DNA from: Albugo candida
Lineage: Eukaryota
DNA length: 63,990 nucleotides
Direction: 5' to 3'
Assembly (NCBI GenBank): GCA_040437565.1
Contig: JBDOQK010000048.1
Span: forward strand, 186,001-249,990
Below the pieces are notes generated by a model, which was not told the origin of the DNA, did no database searches, and worked only from the letters and a program-made list of their open reading frames with translations. Below are positions 1-11,100 of the stretch, in pieces. Numbering within the stretch: position 1 is the first letter of the stretch; each line of letters begins with the position of its first letter. Both the position numbers and the translations under genes were made by a program.

Positions 1-1129
1 CGTAACAAGGCGGATTCGCTTTTGTGAGGGAGTCGATGCTCGGAAGAGGATCAAAATTAGATACTGTTTTAGATGGAATGATTGGAGAAGTGAACGACTC
101 GTTCAGCATGAGAGTGTACAAATCGATTAAGCTGATGGTACGATTCCGGTTCGCTTCGAGCTCCTGAGGCTTGCTCCAAAAATCGATTCCTTTGATCCAT
201 TTTCCCTCCTCAGTGGCCTCAAACTCGATTCCTCCATCTCGACAGAACTCGGCAAAGTCTTGATACGTTTTGCCAGACGTACTTTTCATCGAAGTTATTC
301 CCACGAGGTCATCGAGTGCAACGTACCCAAGTACTTTGTAATTGTAGGTGCAGTCTACACCATTTGGTAATTTATCCATATCACATAACCCACGACGTGT
401 TGATTTTCTACACGATGAAGATTTATTGGGCCAGGCTTGCAACGGGCACGTATTCGGGTAAGAAAACCAAGTGTTATTTGCATATGGTGCGCGTGGGTCA
501 CTTTCTTTTGACTCGCCGCCAATAAATGGTCCCAATTCGGGTTGATTGTTATCGCCGTTGATATAATAACACTCTTCGGAGAAAATATCGACACCGTTTT
601 TTGTGCCGACAGGCGTACACCGTCCAGAATCCATCGGAAGCATCGGCCCATATTCGGTGTTAGTGGTGTTTTGATACAGCGCAAGGGTCTCATTTGTTTG
701 GGCGAATACAATGTGATAAAACACAATATATTTCATGTTATTTTTTCGACGACATCGATCTTCTTTGCCTCGAACTTTATGATTAATGCCTTCTGCCTGC
801 ACATACATAAGCGCACCTTCCACAGATGCAAGATTCACGCTATCCATAAGCCCCACAAAGCCATCTTTCATTGTGTCATAATAGCCGGATACAAAACGAC
901 CATCCTTCCAAACGGGTTCGTCGCTCTGAACTCGGGCCTGGATAGCTTGCACGGGCCGAAAATGATACGAATCACGCGTTTTGATGGGTCGGAGTGAACT
1001 CACAAAATCGGAAGAGGTTTCACTATCAACCGCTTGCAATAATTTACGAAGACCATATGTGTTGCTTTTCAAAGGACAGCATGCAAACACGATGAGAAGG
1101 TGGAAGGTGAAACGTTCAGGTAATTTCAT
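1..1129 (-). CDS. Cys-rich secreted protein of unknown function, paralog of 36867..38672; runs off the window start
   Basis: Not in the ORF track. Hand translation from ATG 1129 is open to position 1: MKLPERFTFHLLIVFACCPLKS...SVEGALMYVQAEGIN...QTNET...EYGPMLPM...QPELGPFIGG...DPRAPY...PNGVDCTY...DDLVGITS...NPPCY. It is colinear with the 36867..38672 protein and has a hydrophobic N-terminus. Confidence 0.9.
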   Translation of the reverse strand, partial: MKLPERFTFHLLIVFACCPLKSNTYGLRKLLQAVDSETSSDFVSSLRPIKTRDSYHFRPVQAIQARVQSDEPVWKDGRFVSGYYDTMKDGFVGLMDSVNLASVEGALMYVQAEGINHKVRGKEDRCRRKNNMKYIVFYHIVFAQTNETLALYQNTTNTEYGPMLPMDSGRCTPVGTKNGVDIFSEECYYINGDNNQPELGPFIGGESKESDPRAPYANNTWFSYPNTCPLQAWPNKSSSCRKSTRRGLCDMDKLPNGVDCTYNYKVLGYVALDDLVGITSMKSTSGKTYQDFAEFCRDGGIEFEATEEGKWIKGIDFWSKPQELEANRNRTISLIDLYTLMLNESFTSPIIPSKTVSNFDPLPSIDSLTKANPPCY

Positions 1130-1512
1130 GATTTGTGATGTGGTGAATACCGGAATGACTTGAGCACCATGGCTACGCTGAGTGACGTGATCCGAAAGTT
1201 TCGACGAACACGAAGAGAAAGTTGATGACTACCACGAAACTGTCAGTTTATCGGCATACGTTGTCCAGCACGTTTTGTGTGGTGACGTTACCACTTCAAT
1301 ATCAAAGTTTGAACGAAAGAGCAGTGCGACATTTCAAGAGTCACCTGAACCGTCAGTAAGACTACAAAACGGGTCAAGCGTACTCATTTTATTGCTTTGA
1401 TCCAGTTGGTGGTATGTGGGCAATACAGATGAGAAAAGATGGGTGACTATACACGTACTCTAAATTTCAAATGATTAAGTACGCGTACCGTATATTCCGT
1501 ACTTAAAAGCCG

Positions 1513-4500
1513 TCAAGTCATTTTGAAAGTCTTGTATTCAGGGAAAACTTGTAATAGTATTTCATCCCAAACACTGAACGCCACGTTTTTGACAAATGTT
1601 TCGTGCTGTAAAAATTCATGCAATTTGACCGCAGCCGCACCACACGAATTCTCTCCAAAAAGTGATACAAAAGTTGTCGGAACACTCGCCAAAATTAATT
1701 TTAGACATTCTTGACGTGCATTTTGTGATTCCGACGCACTCGGCGGCGTTCGTTCTTTTTCCACATATTCTGACTTCATTTGATCCTTTATAACCGCATG
1801 CAGCTCATCAAGAAGCGTTCCCACATGCTCTGGCTCCATGACCGCTGCAAATTGCTTCTCAAAGAGTCGAATATGACTGCTGGTAAGAAACGCGCGGATA
1901 AAGGATCGTGACAGAGCAAATATCTGTCTTCGTACCATCCCAATACCATCAAACTCAAATATCTCATTCAGTACACCAACCAAACTCTCTTCCATGTCCT
2001 GTAACAGCTTTACTTTTCCTTCTTTTGTCTGTGAATTGGCTTCCCAAGGATTCCATTTAGCGCCAAACCATTTGGTACCATCCTTCAACTTGTGCACCGC
2101 TATTTTCGGTACTTCTGATTGGTCCTTTTCAGCTTCCTGTTCATCAGAAGATACCTTTTCATTGGCCATCATGTCCTCATCCGACTCTATTATAGCCAAT
2201 CCGTCGCCAGCATGATCGTCATGACAAAGCGCTTCCAAATTCAGAAATTGCTGCACAATTGGACTTTGGCATAACGTAGACGACCCGGCAAGGTCGGAAA
2301 TGAATCCTTGAAGTATCCCCAACACATCACCATATTCAGTCGACTCCAAATCGCGCGTTTGCAATAGTTTCATCCCTCCGGTGAGATTTCGCACTTCAGA
2401 ATAATCGACGCCTTTATAATGCGATCGATCTTGCGAATGGACTTCAAATCGTCGTTCTTGCTTGCGTAATAGCTCATACAGTTGATTTCCCAGCACTTGA
2501 AAGTCATCAAAGCTCCTAAGAACGCTCCACGCGCATAAATTTTGCGTTTTGGCGGAGAGTAGAAGCTCAAAGGTCCAAGCCTCCTTGTCACTCTCAGTGC
2601 GTTTCCAGCCGGATTGTGCGATAAAATACCTTCCAACACGCACATTGACGTCAATTTTGTGTTTTTGTGTGAGAATCGTATAACATGAGCCACAAACTTG
2701 CTGCTGAATGGAATTTCCAGTCGTCGGATATGTTACAAATGCAAAGAGATTCAAACAATTTTCACACATTGGCTGATAACAATTGCCACAATTTCCAAAA
2801 ATATTCTTTGCATTGCAATGCTCACAATAAATGTCATCTTCCGTTTCGGTCGTATTGCTATTCGGAGACGTCGAAAGCCTATCCACCGATTCAGTTCGCA
2901 CGCGATCTTTCTTCATAAGAGTCATTTTGAGACTCAATGGAGCGCTGATCTCTAAATTTTTGCTCCAGTCTGAAATCTTTTTGGAAATCGCTATGGATCG
3001 ATCGACACTGACAGAACGATTGAATATTCGTGTCATTTTATTGGCTTTCCGACTTTCTTCCATTTCGGTCGAAATCGATTCCAAAATCGTTGGCGAAATC
3101 GCTTCAATTACAAAGGGAAGTTGATACCGTTTTCGGATCCATTTTCGGCGTCGAAATCGATCCAATTTTTCTTCCTTCTCGTGGTACGACGCATCCGATT
3201 CATTAGAGTACTCATAATACTCCAATTCCGCCAACTTCCATGACGATGTCCAAAGCCATTCAGAAGAAGGTAATGCATCGTGACGATCATCGCGTTCTTG
3301 CGTCCAGCCGATTGCGATGTCATATCGTTCAATTTCCCACGCGATCTGAACGACGTTGATCCCATTCCCAAGCTCATTTGTCGAATTCGGATCGTACTCG
3401 CTGTATTGACCTAAAAGACTTTGAATTTCAAAGTGAAAATGGAGATTTTCGAGGCGTTGGAGAATATCACACAAGCGCGTGCATGCGGTTCCATGGGGCA
3501 ACAGAGCCATATCTACATGATAAAATCGAACAAGCTGCTCACGATCACTCGCCAAAATCGATATATGATCGCTTAATTGTCGCTTTTCTAATGCGAGTAA
3601 CATCCATTGAATGCCGCGAGGCGAAAGAAAACGGGAACTGGTGCACGGCGGACACGTACTCGCGACATGCCGCCATAATGCGTTCATTTCTGCATTTCCC
3701 GCACGATCGATTGCTAGGAATTCCCAGTAATATTCATCGGAAGCGATTTCCACTGAAAGAGAGATTTTTTCGGTCATCTCATTAGCAATAGGATGATGGA
3801 ATCCGAGAAGAAACACTTGTTCTAACGCTGCTAAAAGCTCATATAATTCTCCCGATCGAGCGGATGAGAGCATTTCAACTTTTTGATGCACAAATGACGC
3901 AACGACCGATTCCAAAGCCATCAGAACGTGCTCATGATCCTCAGCGATCCGCAGAGATTCCGCGATGGGGAATTTCTCGTCCGAGGACTCGGCTTCTAAC
4001 GCTTCTGATTCAACTGAAGCTCTTCCTTCGGACCAAACTTGTTTCGCATTCTCGTCCATTGTTTCAATGATGTCATTCCGTCGAAGCGCTTTTTGCAGTA
4101 GAAAACCCGGTCGTTTGATCATTTTCGTCGCTTGTGATGACGCCAAAGGCAGCGATTTGTGAAATGCGCCATCCATTACGTTTCCATTGCTAAACGTTTG
4201 GAATCGCTTTTTCACTTTTGTAAGCGAGGAATTTAAACTCGATTGAATGTCTGCTGTCTTATTCCGAAAATCTTCAAATTGAGTCGCGCTATTTGGTGGA
4301 GAAATTGGAAAATTGCCTGAAATCAATTTCGAGCCGATCGAATTGCCTTTGAAAATAGACGCGATCGCCGATTTTTTCTCCAAAGGCGGCGTCAGTTCAC
4401 TTTGATCGTCAGTCTTGGACGTCCAATGTGGCTCCAGCGATACTTCAGACTCGTCCATTTCGCGTGTGCTTTTCTTTGACCACGATGATGAGCTCAATTG

Positions 4501-5811
4501 CCCGACATTATTGGCGGTTGATGCCGCGCTTGCTGCTGCGCTGGCCGCAAAATCTGCGATCAATGAAAAGACTGCTTCAGCATTCCCAGCGCTCTGCTGA
4601 CTCGCATGATAGAGAAATTCGGCTGGATTAAATTCGAGTTTGCGGGATTTCTGATAATCCAAAAAAGTATTTGCATTTGGTAGAAATGCTTCGTCTTTAA
4701 TTTCCGCGTTTGGAAATGGAGTGGCGTATCGTTTCAATGTCGCGCATATAATTTCCGTAATGTATGGAGGACTCAAATATTCGATAAGAGGCGATAGACA
4801 TTGAGTGACAAGCACTTCGCGGAGAAGAGCAAAAGCAGCAGAATTACAAAAATTGCTTTCAGGCTGAATGGAGAATTCCGGGCTGATATTTTGAAAAATT
4901 TGCATTACGAAATGGCGCAGATAATTTGTTTCAGAATCGGAACTTGTGGAAATTTCCGAGTTGTATTGAGAAGTTGAGCATGCAGGATGTAAGAAAGAGG
5001 ATTCTTTGGCATAGGAAGCCAATAATTGCTTTTGTAGAGCCGATTGTGCTGCGGAGGCGTCCTGGGAGTTTGTGGATCGAAATGCGTCTGGAAATCTTCG
5101 AGATTGAGAAGCATACGCTTCCCGGAACCATTTGAAATGGAGACGAAGAATATCAAGAATATTGGAGGTTAATTGAAGTGCTTGGAAAGAATTAATTGCT
5201 AAACATTTTGCAATTAATTGTGTTGAAAGTTGCGTAAGCAAATATTGAATTTGGGATGGAAATTGCGGGTCAGCGCTAATTGGTGTGTACCACGACGTGA
5301 TATATTCCGAAACTAATGTGTCAATTAATTGTACCACTTTGGTGGAAATCGGTTCGGGGAGGTCGCAAGTGTGGAGGATGACATGATCCTTAATTTGAGT
5401 ATGCTGACTTGAATTTGTATGAACAAATATACGATCCGTTGCATGGTCTTTGGTGTGAATCATTTCTTTCCATCGGGCATCCGAAGACGAAAATAGAGCT
5501 GCTAGTAGCTCAGCGACAACAGTACTGGGATCATACACGTGCCCATTTTCCTGATATCGCTGATAGAATCTGCATTGTTGGACGATTCTCTTATAAATCG
5601 CAGTCTCAAAGTCCATTTGCCTCGAGCGAATCCACCACCAGAAAAAGACGCCACCACATAAAAAGAAAATCAAATGAAACACATGGAACACCAGATAACA
5701 CATAAGAATCCAAAGCTCATGGGTTAGCATTCTACATGCTGGCGACCACACAAGCGTCACCACAGATAAGAAAACAACGGTCCAAGTCAGACAACATTGG
5801 TGTGCTGGCAT
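1513..5811 (-). CDS. PXA-PX-Nexin_C sorting nexin (SNX13/14/Mdm1-like) with RUN, DysF-like and FYVE-like inserts
   Basis: 1432-aa ORF with two N-terminal hydrophobic segments. Motifs: PXA EYITSWYTPISADPQF; RUN-like LEQVFLLGF...RGIQWMLLALEK; DysF-like WEIERY..GW...WLWTSSW...RRRKWIRKR; Cys cluster CEHC..CGNC..CENC..VCGSC; PX-like WSVLRSFDDFQVL...QQFL; Nexin_C LNEIFE...EFLQHETFVKNVAFSVWDEILLQVFPE. Confidence 0.85.
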   Translation of the reverse strand: MPAHQCCLTWTVVFLSVVTLVWSPACRMLTHELWILMCYLVFHVFHLIFFLCGGVFFWWWIRSRQMDFETAIYKRIVQQCRFYQRYQENGHVYDPSTVVAELLAALFSSSDARWKEMIHTKDHATDRIFVHTNSSQHTQIKDHVILHTCDLPEPISTKVVQLIDTLVSEYITSWYTPISADPQFPSQIQYLLTQLSTQLIAKCLAINSFQALQLTSNILDILRLHFKWFREAYASQSRRFPDAFRSTNSQDASAAQSALQKQLLASYAKESSFLHPACSTSQYNSEISTSSDSETNYLRHFVMQIFQNISPEFSIQPESNFCNSAAFALLREVLVTQCLSPLIEYLSPPYITEIICATLKRYATPFPNAEIKDEAFLPNANTFLDYQKSRKLEFNPAEFLYHASQQSAGNAEAVFSLIADFAASAAASAASTANNVGQLSSSSWSKKSTREMDESEVSLEPHWTSKTDDQSELTPPLEKKSAIASIFKGNSIGSKLISGNFPISPPNSATQFEDFRNKTADIQSSLNSSLTKVKKRFQTFSNGNVMDGAFHKSLPLASSQATKMIKRPGFLLQKALRRNDIIETMDENAKQVWSEGRASVESEALEAESSDEKFPIAESLRIAEDHEHVLMALESVVASFVHQKVEMLSSARSGELYELLAALEQVFLLGFHHPIANEMTEKISLSVEIASDEYYWEFLAIDRAGNAEMNALWRHVASTCPPCTSSRFLSPRGIQWMLLALEKRQLSDHISILASDREQLVRFYHVDMALLPHGTACTRLCDILQRLENLHFHFEIQSLLGQYSEYDPNSTNELGNGINVVQIAWEIERYDIAIGWTQERDDRHDALPSSEWLWTSSWKLAELEYYEYSNESDASYHEKEEKLDRFRRRKWIRKRYQLPFVIEAISPTILESISTEMEESRKANKMTRIFNRSVSVDRSIAISKKISDWSKNLEISAPLSLKMTLMKKDRVRTESVDRLSTSPNSNTTETEDDIYCEHCNAKNIFGNCGNCYQPMCENCLNLFAFVTYPTTGNSIQQQVCGSCYTILTQKHKIDVNVRVGRYFIAQSGWKRTESDKEAWTFELLLSAKTQNLCAWSVLRSFDDFQVLGNQLYELLRKQERRFEVHSQDRSHYKGVDYSEVRNLTGGMKLLQTRDLESTEYGDVLGILQGFISDLAGSSTLCQSPIVQQFLNLEALCHDDHAGDGLAIIESDEDMMANEKVSSDEQEAEKDQSEVPKIAVHKLKDGTKWFGAKWNPWEANSQTKEGKVKLLQDMEESLVGVLNEIFEFDGIGMVRRQIFALSRSFIRAFLTSSHIRLFEKQFAAVMEPEHVGTLLDELHAVIKDQMKSEYVEKERTPPSASESQNARQECLKLILASVPTTFVSLFGENSCGAAAVKLHEFLQHETFVKNVAFSVWDEILLQVFPEYKTFKMT

Positions 5812-5954
5812 TTATGAAAAGTAGGATTTTAGTCACTAGTCAGAGCAAATGTTCCCCAAATGTACACCAAATACGGATTTATGGTAAACGTAAATTCTGC
5901 GAATGACGGTACTACACAAAGAACCGATATACAGGTACAGTATACGGTTTCAGG

Positions 5955-6791
5955 TTACGGTACACAACGTGATGCTTGTAACCCGTACTGGAATAAAACC
6001 TTTACGACTTTATCAACCGATGAGATGAGTACATCAGCTTCCTCTGCCAAATCTTCCAGCGAGGACGCTCCTCCGATGACGCCAACTGACAATCCGCATC
6101 CAGCATTTTTCCCTAAATTCATATCTGTTGATGTATCACCGACCATAATTGTATTCTGAGGCTCCACACCAATCGATTGACATATCGTCCAAATTTGCTC
6201 TGGTGCTGGTTTTGCTGGAAGTCCATCGTCCCCACACGCAATCGCGTCAATCATTGGGAATAAATTCAAGTGTTTCAGCGTCTCAATAGTAGGCGCTCGA
6301 TCGTCAGTCGTACATACTGCAATCTTGATCTGCATATGTTTTATCGTCTTGAATAACGCACTTAAATCGTTTACCAAAGGCCGACTAGTAGTCACAGGAT
6401 CTGGCATACTCCAACACTGTTGAATCACTTGCTCAGCACGATCTGCAGATGTTCCTTCACCAATAAGTACTTTGACTGCGATCTTATACAATTCGCCCAT
6501 CGGAGTACAACATAGCGCCCCTTTACTTCGAATGGATCGATGAATCCAATTGTATCCCATCGCGTCGAAAAGCTTCTCACGTACGGGAAGTCCTGTCGTC
6601 ATTTCCACTTTCCATGCTTGTTGTTCTACCCATCCTCCCCACATCAGATTGAAATCGATCAATGTGCCATCTTTATCGAAAATTACTAAAGAAGGCTTAC
6701 ATCGATCGAGTGTTTTGCTTACGAATGATTGTGAACGTATCGTCGGGAAAAAACGAGGCGCACGAGCGCATACACTGCCGAATCGGTACAT
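5955..6791 (-). CDS. HAD-superfamily hydrolase (phosphoglycolate phosphatase-like), probable mitochondrial presequence
   Basis: Motif I VIFDKDGTLID, motif II CTTD, motif III KPAPE, motif IV MVGDTSTD. The N-terminus is Arg/Ser-rich and free of acidic residues. Confidence 0.9.
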   Translation of the reverse strand: MYRFGSVCARAPRFFPTIRSQSFVSKTLDRCKPSLVIFDKDGTLIDFNLMWGGWVEQQAWKVEMTTGLPVREKLFDAMGYNWIHRSIRSKGALCCTPMGELYKIAVKVLIGEGTSADRAEQVIQQCWSMPDPVTTSRPLVNDLSALFKTIKHMQIKIAVCTTDDRAPTIETLKHLNLFPMIDAIACGDDGLPAKPAPEQIWTICQSIGVEPQNTIMVGDTSTDMNLGKNAGCGLSVGVIGGASSLEDLAEEADVLISSVDKVVKVLFQYGLQASRCVP

Positions 6792-7235
6792 TGTGGCAGT
6801 CGAGGGGATGACAGGCTAACTTCTGTTATGTAGGTGCTGAATGATCGCAAAGAACGATCGAACTTTCCTAATGAAAGCGCATGCTCGAACGGGTTACAAA
6901 TGAATCTCGTTACGGTTACGTGGGTTACGGATGGTCAGCTGTTTTCCCGAGGTAGGGATTCTGAGACGATCAGACTAGGATGTATNNNNNNNNNNNNNNN
7001 NNNNNNNNNNNNNNNNNNNNNNNNNNNNNNNNNNNNNNNNNNNNNNNNNNNNNNNNNNNNNNNNNNNNNNNNNNNNNNNNNNNNNAAAATGAAAGTGTAT
7101 AAAAGATCCAGTTTAATAGCGTCTGTGAGGACATGAAATTATACAACTTGACGGCGCTAAGGGCAATCAAGTTGATCACTACGAATCTAAGTGTGCATGC
7201 AGCGTCTTCTATGCGTGATAATGAATCGTGCGATG

Positions 7236-7787
7236 CTAACAGACCGAGTCCAATGCTGCAAACTGTTCTGAAAGACTGCGACTCAGCGTGTGCAGCAATA
7301 TATTATCCTCTTCATCATCTTGTGCCGGATTCAAGGTCGATAATGCACCCACTTCAAGACAATCATTCTTCACATAGACTTGACATAAACACTTTCCATC
7401 GCGTATACCCAAAAAATCCTTGAGCACTTGAATAACTCCACGATGAGAACTGCATAATTCTATAACTTGAGGCGATACATCACGCGCTTTTGCCAGCAGC
7501 CGATTCAGGAATTCATCGAATCCAATGACATCGAAGGAGCGAAGTGTGAGAACTGCGTTACAATCCGCACACAGCTCACACGTACTTTGCGCATTCCGTG
7601 ATGACATTGCTTGTACCAATTTCAGCATGCTAAGTACGTTCTTGAAGTCATCTTTGGTTTTGTATAGAGAACAGGATTTTCCTTTGCATGTGAGTTTGAT
7701 GCGAAACATTTGTGCGCCACCAATCGCAGGCGCTGCTGACACGCGTGCACTAAGACATGTTGGTTTGAGACCTTCCAATTCCGACAT
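7236..7787 (-). CDS. Small protein with a possible PX-like domain
   Basis: 183-aa ORF with a beta-beta-helix pattern FRIKLTCKGKSCSLYKTKDDFKNVLSML, CELC, FDEFLNRLL and CSSH..IQVLKDFL. It resembles degenerate PX domains by eye only. Confidence 0.5.
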   Translation of the reverse strand: MSELEGLKPTCLSARVSAAPAIGGAQMFRIKLTCKGKSCSLYKTKDDFKNVLSMLKLVQAMSSRNAQSTCELCADCNAVLTLRSFDVIGFDEFLNRLLAKARDVSPQVIELCSSHRGVIQVLKDFLGIRDGKCLCQVYVKNDCLEVGALSTLNPAQDDEEDNILLHTLSRSLSEQFAALDSVC

Positions 7788-8145
7788 ATCGATAGCGTGA
7801 CCGAGTAATTGGACAAGAGCGCTCGAGTGAATTGACAGTGCAATTCGAGCCGATTCTGAATTCTGAATGGTGAGGAAAAGGTTGATGGAAAGGTGAGTCT
7901 ATTTTGATGTGTTCTGAGGCATGGTATACATAGAATTGAACGTGTCCTGATTCGACGTAAAAACAAATACTTATTCAGACGTAGGTATAATCTATAGCAG
8001 GTTTTCCTCTCCCGCGCGCGCGTCGGATTGGTTTAAATTCAACCGATTGCAGTATCCAACTTCATTGACTTGACCTTTTTCCAGCGCTTCTTTTCGCACA
8101 CGAAACCAGCAAAACCCATCTCTTTCCATATCAATCGAATCCTTT

Positions 8146-11100
8146 TCATGTGGACATTTCGTCATCATCGTGTTGCGACTGGGTAGTGTCCATTTCTTCC
8201 GAATTTCCATCCGATTCACTCGACTCGCTCATATCCTCTTCCTCGAATTTCACATTCTCAGCACTCAGCGACGATCGAAGCGATGTCTCCAACACTTCGG
8301 GCGAGAACTTTTCTCCTTTATTCCATATTTGCTGTAATGCGATGCTACAGCGACTCCCTGTTTCTTCATTCGCTTCCCGCACTTCTTGAAGCTTCAACAT
8401 TGCTTCATACCGCGCGTCCGAGTCGTACCCCATCTTATAATACGTCGTGTACGCTTCCTCGGCCTTGACGCGAATCGAAGCGTTCCAATGGGACTCAATA
8501 ACGCTCCAAAGTGCGTGTTTGATCACATCAAATGTCTTCTGTCCTAATTTCTCATACTGATTCATGATACGCGTACAAACAGCCGAATTGTACCAAGAAA
8601 TCGCCCGATCCGCAACTTGGAATTGAAAACTTGAAATACATTTTGAAATTCGATACGCCAACTTCATACCGTACTCTCCAAAATCGGTTTCTTCCAGAAC
8701 ATGTTCCAATAATTCTTCCAGTTCGACGATAAAAATCACTTCTTTGATCGAATTTCCCACTGGCCAATACTGCAGAATACCGCGCAGGATTGACCGAAAG
8801 AACTTATGGTGTTTGGCCACATACTGTACCATTGCATACATCAGCTGCTGGTGGTACGATAAGAATGCCGGTGAGCCATGAAGCGGAATCAAAGCCTTTT
8901 CCAGCATTNNNNNNNNNNNNNNNNNNNNNNNNNNNNNNNNNNNNNNNNNNNNNNNNNNNNNNNNNNNNNNNNNNNNNNNNNNNNNNNNNNNNNNNNNNNN
9001 NNNNNNNNGTCTTCTGTCCTAATTTCTCATACTGATTCATGATACGCGTACAAACAGCCGAATTGTACCAAGAAATCGCCCGATCCGCAACTTGGAATTG
9101 AAAACTTGAAATACATTTTGAAATTCGATACGCCAACTTCATACCGTACTCTCCAAAATCGGTTTCTTCCAGAACATGTTCCAATAATTCTTCCAATTCG
9201 ACGATAAAAATCACTTCTTTGATCGAATTTCCCACTGGCCAATACTGAAGAATACCGCGCAGGATCGACCGAAAGAACTTATGGTCTTTGGCCACATACT
9301 GTACCATTGCATACATTAGCTGCTGGTGGTACGATAAGAATGCCGGTGAGCCATGAAGCGGAATCAAAGCCTTTTCCAGCATTTGAACATGCTCCAATTT
9401 GACCGGACACGCGAATCCATTCACAATGCTGCCTAGAATCTCAAGTAATTCCGCGATTCCGTAATGATTGCCCGTCTCATATAAGAACTCGTACAGTTCA
9501 TTTGCAATTTCTGTTCGAATGCGCGCGCGCTGTTGCGTCAACGTGTAATACAATCGATGTAAACCATTCTTTACGAGTTGTCGTTCTTTGTGATTTGGCG
9601 ATTTACATAATGCGATGAAACGACTTGTGAATGTTTCTGAAAAAATACTTTTGCGAAGTGATTTGTCCAAATGATCCATTTGTTCCATAGTTTTCTCCAA
9701 GATATCATAACACGCTGTTAGGAGTCCCCAACTTTGATCTTCCAAGGTGTATTCCATCTTGACCGTATACGTTCCTTCAGTATCCATTGGATCCGTCAGT
9801 GTGTCGTCTACAAACACATTGCATGGCGCTAGTGACTGGAACGGTGGAAAAGGACGAAAAATCATTTTCTCAATCAGATAAATGAGCTCTTGGAACAATC
9901 GGATATCTTTTAGTACGTCTGGATATGTCTCGCAATATGCGTTCAGGTCGTACAGCGTTGTGAGTCGCTTTTCATTTTTTTCGAATCGATTCGTTGGAGA
10001 CATAAAGCGATCATTTGCTCGTGGGAGACAAAATGCGATTTTGTATCGAAAGTAAAACACGCGCTCATGCGGCATACAATCTTCCAACGCACACAAATGA
10101 CAACACAAATCCATCTGATCAGGCTGTACCAGGATTTCCTTGTAATCATTTGTGAGCGGAATCGATGCTGAAAGAATGCAAGACATCCAGGCTTCTCGAT
10201 CATGTGCATTTTTGGCCATCAAAAAGACCGAACGATATCCCTAAAAGACTATAAGAGGGTTGTGATACGATTGGTGAAGAGTGGGAACGCACAGGCAGAG
10301 AAATCTCAAAGCAGTTTTGCCGTTTGAAGCGCTGAAACTCGATCGTGGATACTTGCACATGCTACAAGGTGCACCTTTGAGAATTCATAATTTTAGAGAT
10401 GTAAATACGCACAAGTAGCGGAATGACAGCTCGAGGATACTTTTCATCGCCCATCTATCAAAACACGTGAGGATACAGCAGTTAAAATATGNNNNNNNNN
10501 NNNNNNNNNNNNNNNNNNNNNNNNNNNNNNNNNNNNNNNNNNNNNNNNNNNNNNNNNNNNNNNNNNNNNNNNNNNNNNNNNNNNNNNNNNNCATGCGGCA
10601 TACAATCTTCCAACGCACACAAATGACAACACAAATCCATCTGATCAGGCTGTACCAAGATTTCCTTGTAATCATTTGTGAGCGGAATCGATGCTGAAAG
10701 AATGCAAGACATCCAAGCTTCTCGATCATGTGCATTTTTGGCCATCAAAAAGACCGAACGATATCCCTAAAAGACTATAAGAAAGTTGTGATACGACCGG
10801 TGAAGAGTGGGAACGCACAGGCAGAGAAATCTCAAAGCAGTTTTGCCGTTTGAAGCGCGGAAACTCGATCGTGGATACTTGCACATGCTACAAGGTGCAC
10901 CTTTGAGAATTCATAATTTCAGAGATGTAAATACGCACAAGTAGCGGAATAACAGCTCGAGGATACTTTTCATCGCCCATCTATCAAAACACGTGAGGAT
11001 ACAGCAGTTAAAATATGGTGGCCCAAATGTACCGAACTAATAGCGTAGTAGAACAAGCATTGCCCTCTGAGAATCATCCGTCGCTTTTTCCATGTTTTGA

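Noticed and set aside
542-997. 151-aa plus-strand ORF (and 355..726 minus)
   Set aside because: Shadow frames of the real minus-strand gene 1..1129, which has clear paralog support.
6885-6932. Three GGTTAC copies upstream of the HAD gene
   Set aside because: Irregular spacing and too short to be an array; at most an unverified promoter motif.
8146-8907. Apparent second B56 gene in tandem
   Set aside because: It is the 3' part of the same gene repeated across a 100-N gap; collapsing restores one frame.
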